Below are positions 54,865 to 64,000 of a DNA stretch of 64,000 bases, piece after piece. The first letter of the stretch is position 1; the number at the start of each line of letters is the position of its first letter. The position numbers were made by a program, and so were the translations under genes. Source of the DNA: Candidatus Daviesbacteria bacterium GW2011_GWA1_41_61 (GTDB lineage Bacteria; Patescibacteriota; Microgenomatia; Daviesbacterales; UBA10151); the NCBI GenBank assembly GCA_000997385.1, contig LCBT01000003.1, positions 64,892 to 128,891 on the forward strand. Reading direction: 5' to 3'. Under the pieces are notes generated by a model. That model made no database searches, had not been told where the DNA came from, and saw nothing but the letters and a program-made list of their open reading frames with translations.

Positions 54865-56754
54865 CTAGAGTTTGTTCGGAAAAATAATTCTACCTGCTAC
54901 TGCACTGGCTGCAACCACAGCTGGATTTGCTAGATAAACATCTCCTTGGCCCATTCTGCCTGGGAAATTTCTATTTGTTGCGGAGATTCCCACTTCACCT
55001 TTACTTACAGATCCTGGTCCAAAATTAACACATGCTCCGCATGCAGAAGGAACTATGATAGCCCCTGCTTCACTGAGTATTTTTATGATGCCTTCTCGAG
55101 AGAGTCTTTCGTAGATAGATCTAGAGCTGGCTGAAACATGAAGTTGTACGCTCGGATATACTTTTTTCCCTTCCAAAACTCTGGCTGCCGCGACTAAATC
55201 TTCATATTTTCCACCAGTGCAGGATCCAATAAAGGCTTTATTAATTTGTACGGTTTCATTATTTTCTTCTAATAATTGAGATAGAGGTATGCCATTACGA
55301 GGATCCCCAGGCGTTGCAACATATGGTTCTAGTTTTGAGGTGTCAATAAGGAATTTATTCTCATAGACTGCATCTGGATCACTGTATACTGACAGTTCAG
55401 ATATTTCTGAAGCAGATAAATGATGTCTTTCCATGAAATATTCTGCTAACATCCTGTTCATCTCGACGTAACCTGTATACCCCCCACCTTCTACAGTCAT
55501 ATTAGAAAAAACAAATTGTTCGTCAACCGGTAATATATCTAATGTTGTCCCACTGAACAAAAAGATTCTTCCAATGCCGCCACCACTGCGAATTGTGTCA
55601 CGAGAAAGTATATAGAGCATGATATCTTTGGCCATAGTACCAGATGGAGGTAATCCTCTTAGTTCAAAGTTTATTGTTGGGGGAACACTCATACGTATCT
55701 TTTTTGCCCAAAGTGCAGCTCCCCATTCCGTAGAACCCACACCGACTGGTAAAGCACCGAGCCCAAGGCTGCAAGTGTGAGAATCAGTGCCTGTACTTAC
55801 ATCTCCAGGCTTTAAGTATCTTTCTAGCATTACTGTGTGACAGATGCCTTCTGTTCCCTGTTCACGGTTTCCATCGTAGAGTGTAAATCCTTCCTTGCGA
55901 GCTATCGAGCGCATCTGTTGGGCCAAGGAATATGCATCGGGAGAACTATCAAGGAGAGAGTGGTCATAAAACAGATAAACAGAGTCTGGATCTTTAATGA
56001 CAGCATTTGAGATTTGTTTTTGCAGGATGGAGTAACTCATTGGGAAAAAGATTTCGTAAGAATAGCGATGATCCACATCTATAAACCCTAAATCTCCTGG
56101 TTTTACATAGAGTATTCCCATATGTTTAGCAATAATTTTTTCCGGAGCTGTCATTGGACGAGTTCCTGTCTCGGGTTTGGGAATTATCCCAGGATTATCT
56201 TGATATTGTCTTAGGAAAGGAAAAAGTCCTCCTGCCGAGACAATGGCAGCAGAAATTGGGTCTAATCCTCGTGTCGCTTCTGATAAAGGAAGAACTCCTT
56301 CGTTTACAAGCCTCGTTGCGTATAAATAGGGATTACCTTCTATATAAGGTAGCCCAATATTTTGACAATTTTGAGCGCAAATTCTTTCTACAGAGGAGGC
56401 AATGATAACTTTAATTCCTGCAGCTTTTAAAGACCAAGGAAAATGTTCACGGGAAGAACCACTTCCAAAGGAACGACCTGCTACAATACCTCCGAAATTC
56501 CCCCTTCTTATTGCATCATCAGGAATAGGACTACTATTACTAAGGCGAAGGCCAGTGAGTGCTTTACTTGCCATATACTCTTCGTCAAAACGAAAACAAG
56601 CCTTTGTGGGGTAAGCATCTGTTGAGACTCGGTCTAAAAGAGAATCTTCATTGACTGGCTCGATATCTTCTCCCGCCAATTGTCGCTCTATTAAAATGGG
56701 GTTTTTCGTTAAATATAAGATTCGCTTACCTTCAATGTTTATTGTTTCTAACAT
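54865..56754 (-). CDS. Aconitase-family hydro-lyase with fused LeuD-like (N-terminal) and LeuC-like (C-terminal) domains
   Basis: N-terminal swivel-domain motif GRSFGSGSSREHFPW. C-terminal catalytic cysteines (DSHTCSLG, GSCTGG, ACGACVNFGPG). Confidence 0.8.
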   Translation of the reverse strand: MLETINIEGKRILYLTKNPILIERQLAGEDIEPVNEDSLLDRVSTDAYPTKACFRFDEEYMASKALTGLRLSNSSPIPDDAIRRGNFGGIVAGRSFGSGSSREHFPWSLKAAGIKVIIASSVERICAQNCQNIGLPYIEGNPYLYATRLVNEGVLPLSEATRGLDPISAAIVSAGGLFPFLRQYQDNPGIIPKPETGTRPMTAPEKIIAKHMGILYVKPGDLGFIDVDHRYSYEIFFPMSYSILQKQISNAVIKDPDSVYLFYDHSLLDSSPDAYSLAQQMRSIARKEGFTLYDGNREQGTEGICHTVMLERYLKPGDVSTGTDSHTCSLGLGALPVGVGSTEWGAALWAKKIRMSVPPTINFELRGLPPSGTMAKDIMLYILSRDTIRSGGGIGRIFLFSGTTLDILPVDEQFVFSNMTVEGGGYTGYVEMNRMLAEYFMERHHLSASEISELSVYSDPDAVYENKFLIDTSKLEPYVATPGDPRNGIPLSQLLEENNETVQINKAFIGSCTGGKYEDLVAAARVLEGKKVYPSVQLHVSASSRSIYERLSREGIIKILSEAGAIIVPSACGACVNFGPGSVSKGEVGISATNRNFPGRMGQGDVYLANPAVVAASAVAGRIIFPNKL

Positions 56755-56873
56755 GGTATTTGCATTATACTATAAGTTATTGTATAATTCAACTATATTT
56801 GTTAACAGTATAATATAACATTATAATAAGTGTAATATATATTATTGCAAAAATGTTAACATAAAATAAAATT

Positions 56874-58133
56874 ATGACTATTAATGAAAATGAAATTGAA
56901 AACCATAATTGGGGAGATTATGATTTTTCAAAGACTGATGTTGAGGTTTTAGATACCTCTTTAAGAGATGGATTACAAGATTCTGATATCAGGCACCCTA
57001 ATTTAGAGGAAAAACTAGAACTTATAGATAAGCTTGTTAAGGTAGGTATTGATGCTATTGATCTTGCTATTCCTGTTGCGAGAGGCCCCCATTTAAAGGA
57101 TGCTATCCAGATTGCTAGAAGAGTGCCTTCTAACGTCATAGTAGCATGCTTGGCAAGAACTCATGAGGTTGATATCAAAGCTGCTCTTGAATTAGCCCAA
57201 GGGGCGGGTAGAAATATTGAAGGAATTATTTTTGTAGGCTCAAGTCCCTTACGTAGGTTCGTTGAAGGTTGGGAGCTTAATTATATGAAAAAATGGATGG
57301 AAGAAAATGTAGCTTTGGCTGCTCAAGAGGGAATTATACCAGTAGTTGCAACTGAACATACAACCGAAACGGAACCTGCGGTTATAAAGCTGCTGTATAG
57401 GGTTGGGCTTGAAAATGGAGGTAAAAAGGTCTGTATCGCTGATACAACAGGTACTGCTACACCGAGGGGTGTTCAAAGATTAATAACTTTCTTTAAAAAA
57501 GAAGTCCTAGTTGGATTTGATGGCGTCACTATTGATTGGCATGGCCATAATGATAGAGATTTAGCTGTAGTTAATAGTATGGAAGCATTTGATAGTGGTG
57601 CTAAGAGGGTTCATGTTTCAGTTTTGGGAATAGGCGAAAGGGCAGGGAATACAAGACTAGAGTCTATATTAACTAATCTTAAAATTGTTGGAGATCCCAA
57701 AAGACAAGATTTAACAAAAATACTTGAGTTATCAGAATTTGCTTCTAATATATATAGAGTAGATATACCTTCTAATACCCCAGCTATTGGTGATAAAGCA
57801 GGAAGAACAGCTTCGGGAATTCATGGTTCTGCTGAATGGAAAATGCGTCTGCTTAGCCGACAAGGCAAATTATCTTTAAAGAATAGGAGATCTCCATATT
57901 CAGCAATAGATCAGCGTTGGTTTGGGAAAGACCCTGAGGTTCTTGTAGGGCCATTAGCTGGAGAGGATAGTGTTCTGTGTGTTTTAGATGAGCTGGGAAT
58001 CGAACCATCTCCCAAAATGGTGCAGAGAATACTAAATTCTGCAGTTATCCAGCAAGAAGTCTTAACTAAAGAAAAAGTTCGTAATATCGCTCGAAGTATG
58101 GAGGATAACGGTCAGAATGGCTATAGTAAATAA
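56874..58133 (+). CDS. LeuA/CimA/NifV-family (DRE-TIM) 2-oxoacid:acetyl-CoA synthase-like
   Basis: VLDTSLRDGLQ near the N-terminus, HGHNDRDLAV. Divergent from the aconitase-family gene. Confidence 0.7.
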   Translation: MTINENEIENHNWGDYDFSKTDVEVLDTSLRDGLQDSDIRHPNLEEKLELIDKLVKVGIDAIDLAIPVARGPHLKDAIQIARRVPSNVIVACLARTHEVDIKAALELAQGAGRNIEGIIFVGSSPLRRFVEGWELNYMKKWMEENVALAAQEGIIPVVATEHTTETEPAVIKLLYRVGLENGGKKVCIADTTGTATPRGVQRLITFFKKEVLVGFDGVTIDWHGHNDRDLAVVNSMEAFDSGAKRVHVSVLGIGERAGNTRLESILTNLKIVGDPKRQDLTKILELSEFASNIYRVDIPSNTPAIGDKAGRTASGIHGSAEWKMRLLSRQGKLSLKNRRSPYSAIDQRWFGKDPEVLVGPLAGEDSVLCVLDELGIEPSPKMVQRILNSAVIQQEVLTKEKVRNIARSMEDNGQNGYSK

Positions 58134-59148
58134 AGAAACTCTTGAAGTAGCGCATGAAGTCCCTCCGCTGATTCCTTTTCCAAGGGGGAGTCGTTTTGAG
58201 TATCTAGAATTACCAGATGGGCGCACACATCGCTTACATATTGTTTCTTTTAGAGATCCTCGACATACTGACGTAGTAGTAAGCGCATTAGCACGCGATG
58301 AGGCAATTGCTTTTCATGGATGGGGAGTGTCAGGTATGGGTTGCCGTGCTGATAATGCTTCTGATAGCCGAAAGTTTTGGCTGTATAAGGAAGGAAGACC
58401 CTTAGGCGCAAAAGTTCCTCTACTTGAGCCTCCCAAGTATGCTGTTGAGCATATTGATTGGCAGAGTGTTCATAAACAATTTCGACATCTACAGGATCCC
58501 AGGTTACTAAAAGAATTATGGGAAAACCCAATTTTGCCTTACCATCTAATTTTCCCTTATAGAAGTGAAGGTCGTACTTTAAATGAGGCAGTAGTAACTC
58601 CAGCCCATGATAAAGAAGTCGCTTCCGATGTTCCGGTGCCTACAATCTGCCTTTTCTGGACTGGGGATCCTGCCATCGATCATTTAGTAAGAAAAGTGAA
58701 GAAAGCTTGTCCAGAGGCTCAGATTGCAGTTTCTTCTTTGAACGATTCTGGTGAAACACCCTCCTTTACTACACCAGAATTGATAGCTTATTTTCAACAA
58801 AAGGGGAAAACTCACTGGACTATTATTGTAGAAGATCCTCTGTTAGAACCTTTAGACATTGCTAGTTCTCACTCTCAATTTATTGTTCCTCTAGCTGACG
58901 AAGAACCAGTCTTTGGTATTAAGCGTATAGGTAGTTTATCTCCAGGAGGATTTAGTGAGCATATTGGTTTGAAAGTTAAAATTCCAGAGAAGGTAAAAAT
59001 AGCTTCTCGTCGTGTCCCTGATGATGTAATTTTGGATGAAAAACTGTATCAAGCTGATGCATTAATACACTCTTGGCAAAAAGGGCTTTTATGGCAAGTT
59101 GCAGGAAGCTATTTTGAAGATTTGAAAGAACGCTTGCATTTAGTGTAG
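58117..59148 (+). CDS. Hypothetical protein (343 aa)
   Basis: Long ORF with a 17 nt overlap onto the previous gene. No motifs. Confidence 0.45.
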   Translation: MAIVNKETLEVAHEVPPLIPFPRGSRFEYLELPDGRTHRLHIVSFRDPRHTDVVVSALARDEAIAFHGWGVSGMGCRADNASDSRKFWLYKEGRPLGAKVPLLEPPKYAVEHIDWQSVHKQFRHLQDPRLLKELWENPILPYHLIFPYRSEGRTLNEAVVTPAHDKEVASDVPVPTICLFWTGDPAIDHLVRKVKKACPEAQIAVSSLNDSGETPSFTTPELIAYFQQKGKTHWTIIVEDPLLEPLDIASSHSQFIVPLADEEPVFGIKRIGSLSPGGFSEHIGLKVKIPEKVKIASRRVPDDVILDEKLYQADALIHSWQKGLLWQVAGSYFEDLKERLHLV

Positions 59149-59160
59149 ACTAAATGCAGG

Positions 59161-60627
59161 ATGCATCTGCCTTTTTTAGGAAAAAACCCTTTACTAAAAG
59201 TAACAGTTTCAACGTCTGGAATTCGAATCCCCGTTAAAAAAGAATCCCTGGAAACACTTTGGCGTCTGGTCCAAGTAATGCTGGTTAATTTAGAATTTGA
59301 AAACGTAGCAGGAAAAGTTGTAAATAGTGCTCTTGATGAATTTGGATATTTAAAATTAGGTTATCGAATAATTGTTCTTACATTATTCAACGAATCAACT
59401 GGATTTCTTGAAAGAGTTGCAATCTCCTCGACCCCTGAAGCAAAAAAAGCATTAGAGTTAACTCCCGTAGCCTTTAAAGATATTAAAATTCCAATTCATA
59501 ACTTTGATAATCTGTGTATTAAAGCGATGAAAGATAAACAAATTTATAGGACTTACGACTGGTATGATATACTTCGCCCAGTCTACACGAAGGAGCAAGC
59601 TGAAATTGTCCAAAAAGCTGTAGGGATAAAATCAAGTATGGTTTATCCTCTTATTTTTCAAGGTAGACCCATTGGTGTGCTTATTTTTAGCATGATAAAG
59701 GATTTTAATGATGTAACAGAAGATGAGAAAGATCTTTTGAGTGGTTTTGCTGATCTAGTAGGTTTGGCAGTACGTAACTCGATATTATTTACATCGTTAA
59801 AAACGACAACAAGCCAACTCCAAGTAGCTAATACCAAACTTCAGGAGCTTGATCAGCTGAAAGATGATTTTGTGTCTGTGGCTTCCCATGAACTGAGGAC
59901 TCCTATGACTGCTATTAAATCTTACCTTTGGATGGCCTTAAAAAGGCCAGATGCTCCTTTATCTGAAAAGATGAATAAGTATTTAGATAGAGCTTATATC
60001 TCTACTGAAAGGTTAATTAATCTGGTTAATGATATGTTGAATGTTTCCCGGATTGAAGCTGGAAGTATTGAAATCAGGCCTTCTGCCTTTGCCTTGGATA
60101 AATTAACAGATGATGTTTTGGCTGAGGTTAATGCTAAAGCCTCCGAGAAATCTGTCAGCCTCCATGTCCTTCAAAGTCAAATCCCTCAAGTCTTTGCAGA
60201 CCAGGATAAAGTCCACCAGGTTTTACTTAACTTAGTTGGGAATTCTTTAAAGTTTACCCCGGAAGGGGGGTCTATCACCATCAGCTTTTTTTCCGATGGT
60301 AAAACAGTGGAAACTTCTATTAAAGACAGCGGGGTAGGGATGTCCAAAGATGATCTGTCCAGGTTATTCCAAAAGTTTGGCAGGTTGGATAACTCTTATG
60401 TGGCTGCTGCTACCTCTGGCGGTACAGGGCTGGGACTTTTTATCTCCAAAAGTTTGGTAGAGTTGATGGGGGGTAAAATCTGGGCTAGATCAGAAGGAGT
60501 TGGCAAGGGATCTACTTTTACCTTCTCCCTGCCTGTAGCTACCCCTGAAGTTTTATCTAAAGCAGAACAGTTCACCAAAAAAGTTACTCCAGGTGAGGTA
60601 AAAACCCTGGAACCAGTAGCTATTTAA
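59161..60627 (+). CDS. Cytoplasmic sensor histidine kinase with GAF-like N-terminal domain
   Basis: H-box FVSVASHELRTPMTAI, N/G boxes GGTGLGLFISKSLVELMGGKIW. No TM segments. Confidence 0.8.
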   Translation: MHLPFLGKNPLLKVTVSTSGIRIPVKKESLETLWRLVQVMLVNLEFENVAGKVVNSALDEFGYLKLGYRIIVLTLFNESTGFLERVAISSTPEAKKALELTPVAFKDIKIPIHNFDNLCIKAMKDKQIYRTYDWYDILRPVYTKEQAEIVQKAVGIKSSMVYPLIFQGRPIGVLIFSMIKDFNDVTEDEKDLLSGFADLVGLAVRNSILFTSLKTTTSQLQVANTKLQELDQLKDDFVSVASHELRTPMTAIKSYLWMALKRPDAPLSEKMNKYLDRAYISTERLINLVNDMLNVSRIEAGSIEIRPSAFALDKLTDDVLAEVNAKASEKSVSLHVLQSQIPQVFADQDKVHQVLLNLVGNSLKFTPEGGSITISFFSDGKTVETSIKDSGVGMSKDDLSRLFQKFGRLDNSYVAAATSGGTGLGLFISKSLVELMGGKIWARSEGVGKGSTFTFSLPVATPEVLSKAEQFTKKVTPGEVKTLEPVAI

Positions 60628-60645
60628 AAATGGTATAATATATAT

Positions 60646-60834
60646 ATGACAGTTAATCAAGTAGTTCATCAAGAAAAAGGACTAGTTAAAGCCTTTAAAC
60701 GCTACCAAAAGCGTTATCTTTCTGTGGGCAAAAAACCAGATGTAGAAAAAATGCTTTCCGAAGATCTTTATTCCACTCTGCGTCTTGAAGGAGAAAAGAT
60801 CACTAAAAAGCAGGCTCGGGATCTTTTTAAATAA
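60646..60834 (+). CDS. Hypothetical small protein (62 aa)
   Basis: ORF preceded by a TGGTATAAT -10-like element. No motifs. Confidence 0.3.
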   Translation: MTVNQVVHQEKGLVKAFKRYQKRYLSVGKKPDVEKMLSEDLYSTLRLEGEKITKKQARDLFK

Positions 60835-61038
60835 ATCCCTTCTCAAATCTAGTGGCTAAATCAACCAGACCTAAATCTACAACATCGTATAAAGAAACTG
60901 CCTTAGGTATTATTCCACGATCCAAACTGGTTATTTTAGAAAGGGAGGGTGTAAAGAGGGCTCAGCAATATATTCTCAATTGGAAAAGCTGATCGCTCAA
61001 GCTCTTAAAGAAAGTTTGGAGAAAGTATAATCTCTAAG

Positions 61039-61623
61039 ATGGATATTGAATTTGAAGCCACATTTACCAATATAGATAAAGATAAAATAAGGAAAATTTT
61101 AACCTCTATTGGGGCAAAACTTATCAGAAGTGAGTATTTGCAAAGGAGAATTGTGCTAAGTCTACCAAAAGGTCATGAGATTAAAGGGGGTTGGCTAAGA
61201 GTACGTGATGAGGGAGATAAAATCACCCTTACTTTTAAAATCGTAGACGGAGATCAAATTGAGAACCAAAAAGAGGTTTATTTGAAAATAGACGATTTCG
61301 AAAAAGCAGAGCAACTGCTTGATTTAATTGGATGTAGAAAAAGAGCTTATCAGGAAAGTAAACGAGAACTTTGGCAATTGGGGGGTGTTGAAATTACCAT
61401 TGATGAATGGCCCTTCTTAGAGCCTTATGTTGAGATTGAGGGCAAGTCAAAAGAGTCTGTGGAAGAAGTAGCAAGTAAAATGGAGTTGGATTTTAGTAAG
61501 GCACTATTTTGTGCTGTAGACAAGTTATATGCTCTAAGATATAACATCTCGGAAGACGTAATAAATAATCAAGTTCCAGAGTTAAAATTTGACAGCAAGA
61601 ACCCTTTTTTAAAAGAAGACTAA
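61039..61623 (+). CDS. CYTH-domain protein (CyaB/thiamine-triphosphatase-like fold)
   Basis: N-terminal IEFEATF, WLRVRDEGDKITLTFK, LGGVEITIDEWPFLEPYVEIEG. Confidence 0.55.
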   Translation: MDIEFEATFTNIDKDKIRKILTSIGAKLIRSEYLQRRIVLSLPKGHEIKGGWLRVRDEGDKITLTFKIVDGDQIENQKEVYLKIDDFEKAEQLLDLIGCRKRAYQESKRELWQLGGVEITIDEWPFLEPYVEIEGKSKESVEEVASKMELDFSKALFCAVDKLYALRYNISEDVINNQVPELKFDSKNPFLKED

Positions 61624-62278
61624 ACTTAAGTCAGCAGTTTTATAATGGGATGATGGAAGAGCCATGGAAAATATTGTTATACAAGACTTCAGAAGGTGGT
61701 GAGGTTGTTGCATTTTCAAGATTGTGATAAGTTTTAAATATGAGCAAAAAAGCATTTATCATTATCCTGATATTAAGTATTGCCGTATTTATAACCTCTG
61801 GCTTAATATAATTTATAAGTTCATTTAATATTTATGATACGTGTATGTATACAGGTCTTCCGCTTAACCTATGCTTAGATCAAACTCTAAGTTTTAAAGC
61901 AATATTAATAACCATCATCAATATTGCTTTTTGGTTTGCAATTATTTTTCTTCTATGGAAAGTAATCTTAAAACTATTAAAAAAACCTGCTAAACAATAA
62001 TTAATTTTTTTGGTCGTGGGCCACTAAGACCATCTTTTCCATTGTCCCAATATTACCAGCATTATCCTCTGCTATAGCCTTGATTTTATATGTCCTCCCA
62101 TCAGTATCATTACCATTCCTCCAGGCTTCCAAAGGAACAACTTGATTAAAATCATTAAAGGTGAAGTTAAAAATGTTGTATTCATCATTAACCAGTAAAC
62201 TTTTAGTGGCTATTCCTGAAATGGTGTCACTAGAGCTCCCAGAGGTGGTGTTAATAAATAGAAGTTCTTAAAAACAAC

Positions 62279-62905
62279 TTATTCCTCATAGAATTGTTTA
62301 TCTAATGTTACCTGGCCAGTTTTATCATCATATTTGTATCTTTTACCACTAAATTCACTTTTTAACGGGTTAGTAATTTCTACAAAAATATACTCGTCTG
62401 AACCAGACCAATAATTAGAATCGGTAACCTTGGGGTCTATAGAAACATTTTTTGCAATTAATCGTGCTACTTTGATGCTTTGGTTTTTATTATCAAAGAT
62501 ATAGACTCCTCTTGGTTTAAAATCCTCTTCTTGGTAAGCACCTCCACCTCGACCCACCAGCTCAAGTAAAAAAGCTAGTTTATTACAATCTTTTGTCCAT
62601 GCAAGAGGAGAAAGATCGTAAGTAGCTTCACCTGGTGGTACCACACCTTTTTTATAAGTTTCTTTTTTAAGATTTTCTGGGAGGAATGACCAGAGGTCCA
62701 GATCTTTATTGCATTTAGCTAAAATTGGATCAATGTCCTCTTTTGGTGTAGAAACAGTAGGGGTAACAAGCACCTCTTTTGTCTTATTTGTAGAGGGAAC
62801 ACCAAGGGTTTGAGGTTTATAAAAATAGTACACACTACCGATTGCTCCAGTTAAGATTACTAGTCCAACAATAAGTAACAGATAAGTAAAACCTTTTTGA
62901 TTCAT
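62279..62905 (-). CDS. Secreted/membrane-anchored hypothetical protein
   Basis: N-terminal TM/signal segment. Confidence 0.45.
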   Translation of the reverse strand: MNQKGFTYLLLIVGLVILTGAIGSVYYFYKPQTLGVPSTNKTKEVLVTPTVSTPKEDIDPILAKCNKDLDLWSFLPENLKKETYKKGVVPPGEATYDLSPLAWTKDCNKLAFLLELVGRGGGAYQEEDFKPRGVYIFDNKNQSIKVARLIAKNVSIDPKVTDSNYWSGSDEYIFVEITNPLKSEFSGKRYKYDDKTGQVTLDKQFYEE

Positions 62906-62927
62906 CTTTAATTAATAGATCTTTTGC

Positions 62928-63152
62928 CTATCTTTTATCCTCATCATGAGGGACTACAACAGTCACAACTCCTTTTTTAATATTACCTTCCAGATTTTGG
63001 GTTAGTGTTTTAATTGTATACTGTCTGCCATCCAAATCGCTACCATCTCTTTTGGCTTGCAAGCTGATAACCTGCCTAAAATCACTTAAAACAGGTTCAA
63101 TTAAATGATATTCATCTTCTATCTTAAAGTATCTTAGAAGTAGGTTCTCCAA
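62928..63152 (-). CDS. Hypothetical small protein (74 aa)
   Basis: ORF between the GT2 gene and the secreted protein. No motifs. Confidence 0.3.
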   Translation of the reverse strand: MENLLLRYFKIEDEYHLIEPVLSDFRQVISLQAKRDGSDLDGRQYTIKTLTQNLEGNIKKGVVTVVVPHDEDKR

Positions 63153-63154
63153 AA

Positions 63155-64000
63155 TTATCTAGTACCCCAGTGTGTTCTATTAATAGTTAGTATTGCCCAA
63201 ACCCTATTTGGGATTAAAAGAAATATATGCATCAATGCATATATCGGGAAGATAAAGAACTCCCTATTTCCGGTACGATAATATCCGTATAATGACCGAA
63301 GAAAGGCTACCCCTAGAAGTAAAGACATATAATTCAAGATTAGATGTGTCTCTCCTAAAATTATTACCTGGTAAAGCATTACTAAAAGAGCAAAAGTTAG
63401 TAAAAAGGGTAAAATAGCTGAAATTATTAGGTCGTAAGCCATAAATGGATGGTGTTTAGGGAGATATTTTATGGTCCAGAAAAACTCCCTGTAAAAACTT
63501 TTATTCCATCGGTTTTGCTGTTTTAAATATCTTTTTAATGTGTTGGGGACATGGGTATAGGACTTTGCATGTTTGTTAAAAACAACTTTATAGCCCTGTT
63601 CTAAAATTAAATTAGTAAGGTGCCTATCGTCTCCAAAGGTGCAACTCTTCCCTAGAAAACACTGTGAGACGTATTTTTCTTTCACATTTTCAATCAGGCT
63701 TTTCCGGTAAGCAGCAAAGGGACCAGAACAACACATTACAACTCCAAAAAAACTTTGAGCTGCTCTTTCTTGATGAAAGGCTGTCCAATATCTTAGTTCA
63801 ATTAATTTCGTGAGAATATTGTCATAACGATTTATTACAGTTACATTTCCTGTTGCTGCTCCTATTGTCGGATCCTTAAATGATTCCACTAAATTTTTTA
63901 CGCCATAAGGAACATCTATAACTGTATCTGAATCAACAGTAACAACAATCTCTCCGTGACACTGATCAAAACCAATCTTTTGGACGTGACGTTTACCTAC
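63155..64000 (-). CDS. Family 2 processive glycosyltransferase, C-terminal part (5' end beyond window)
   Basis: Q(Q)xRW motif in LKQQNRWNKSF, C-terminal TM helices. The reading frame stays open to nt 64000 (..VDSDTVIDVPYGV..). Confidence 0.75.
   Translation of the reverse strand, partial: VGKRHVQKIGFDQCHGEIVVTVDSDTVIDVPYGVKNLVESFKDPTIGAATGNVTVINRYDNILTKLIELRYWTAFHQERAAQSFFGVVMCCSGPFAAYRKSLIENVKEKYVSQCFLGKSCTFGDDRHLTNLILEQGYKVVFNKHAKSYTHVPNTLKRYLKQQNRWNKSFYREFFWTIKYLPKHHPFMAYDLIISAILPFLLTFALLVMLYQVIILGETHLILNYMSLLLGVAFLRSLYGYYRTGNREFFIFPIYALMHIFLLIPNRVWAILTINRTHWGTR

Overview
This is a 64 kb bacterial chromosomal segment with moderately low GC and dense coding on both strands. The genetic code looks standard: TAA, TAG and TGA all terminate well-supported genes.

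From 1 to about 32.9 kb is mostly housekeeping:
- Lipid and tRNA genes: gdh C-terminal fragment, PAP2 phosphatase, DgkA-like kinase, tRNA-dihydrouridine synthase.
- A cation P-type ATPase.
- A small stress cluster: LytR_C, a DUF1059-like micro-ORF, a BON protein and Hsp20.
- purN-purQ-purL, ychF and a Fic protein.
- The rpsF-ssb-rpsR operon, two hypotheticals, ctpA and htrA.
- The rpmE-prfA-prmC locus, an EamA transporter, hisS and two secreted proteins.
- An MBL hydrolase, dnaB, tRNA-Leu(CAA), efp, lgt, a DksA/TraR protein and a CheY-like response regulator.

Four things stand out.
1. The RF1 homologue at the canonical prfA locus lacks the GGQ motif. The downstream PrmC lacks its N-terminal domain.
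2. A 4.1 kb insertion (32953..37064) carries two divergent HisRS-like class II aaRS paralogues and a trans-prenyl diphosphate synthase. It is flanked by perfect 99 bp direct repeats that duplicate the 3' end of the response-regulator gene.
3. purL appears 3'-truncated, and an inorganic pyrophosphatase gene carries a +1 frameshift in a T5 run.
4. The stretch from about 39.4 to 53.8 kb is a mosaic accessory region. It is punctuated by five copies of a conserved gene-tail repeat (the C-terminal coding end of an XRE-family regulator) and by a second 99 bp repeat pair. It holds three parallel radical-SAM/SPASM cassettes, each with a small Asp/Cys/aromatic-rich precursor-like peptide and an HExxH protein. 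It also holds a frameshifted IS630-family element, Nudix hydrolases, MNT/HEPN and AbiEii toxin-antitoxin-like genes, and a transposase fragment.

The 3' part of the window encodes a GlcG-like protein, a fused LeuD-LeuC-type hydro-lyase divergent from a LeuA-family synthase, a GAF histidine kinase, a CYTH protein, secreted hypotheticals and a GT2 glycosyltransferase that runs off the window edge.

All calls rest on reading the sequence and ORF translations by eye. No database searches were run.
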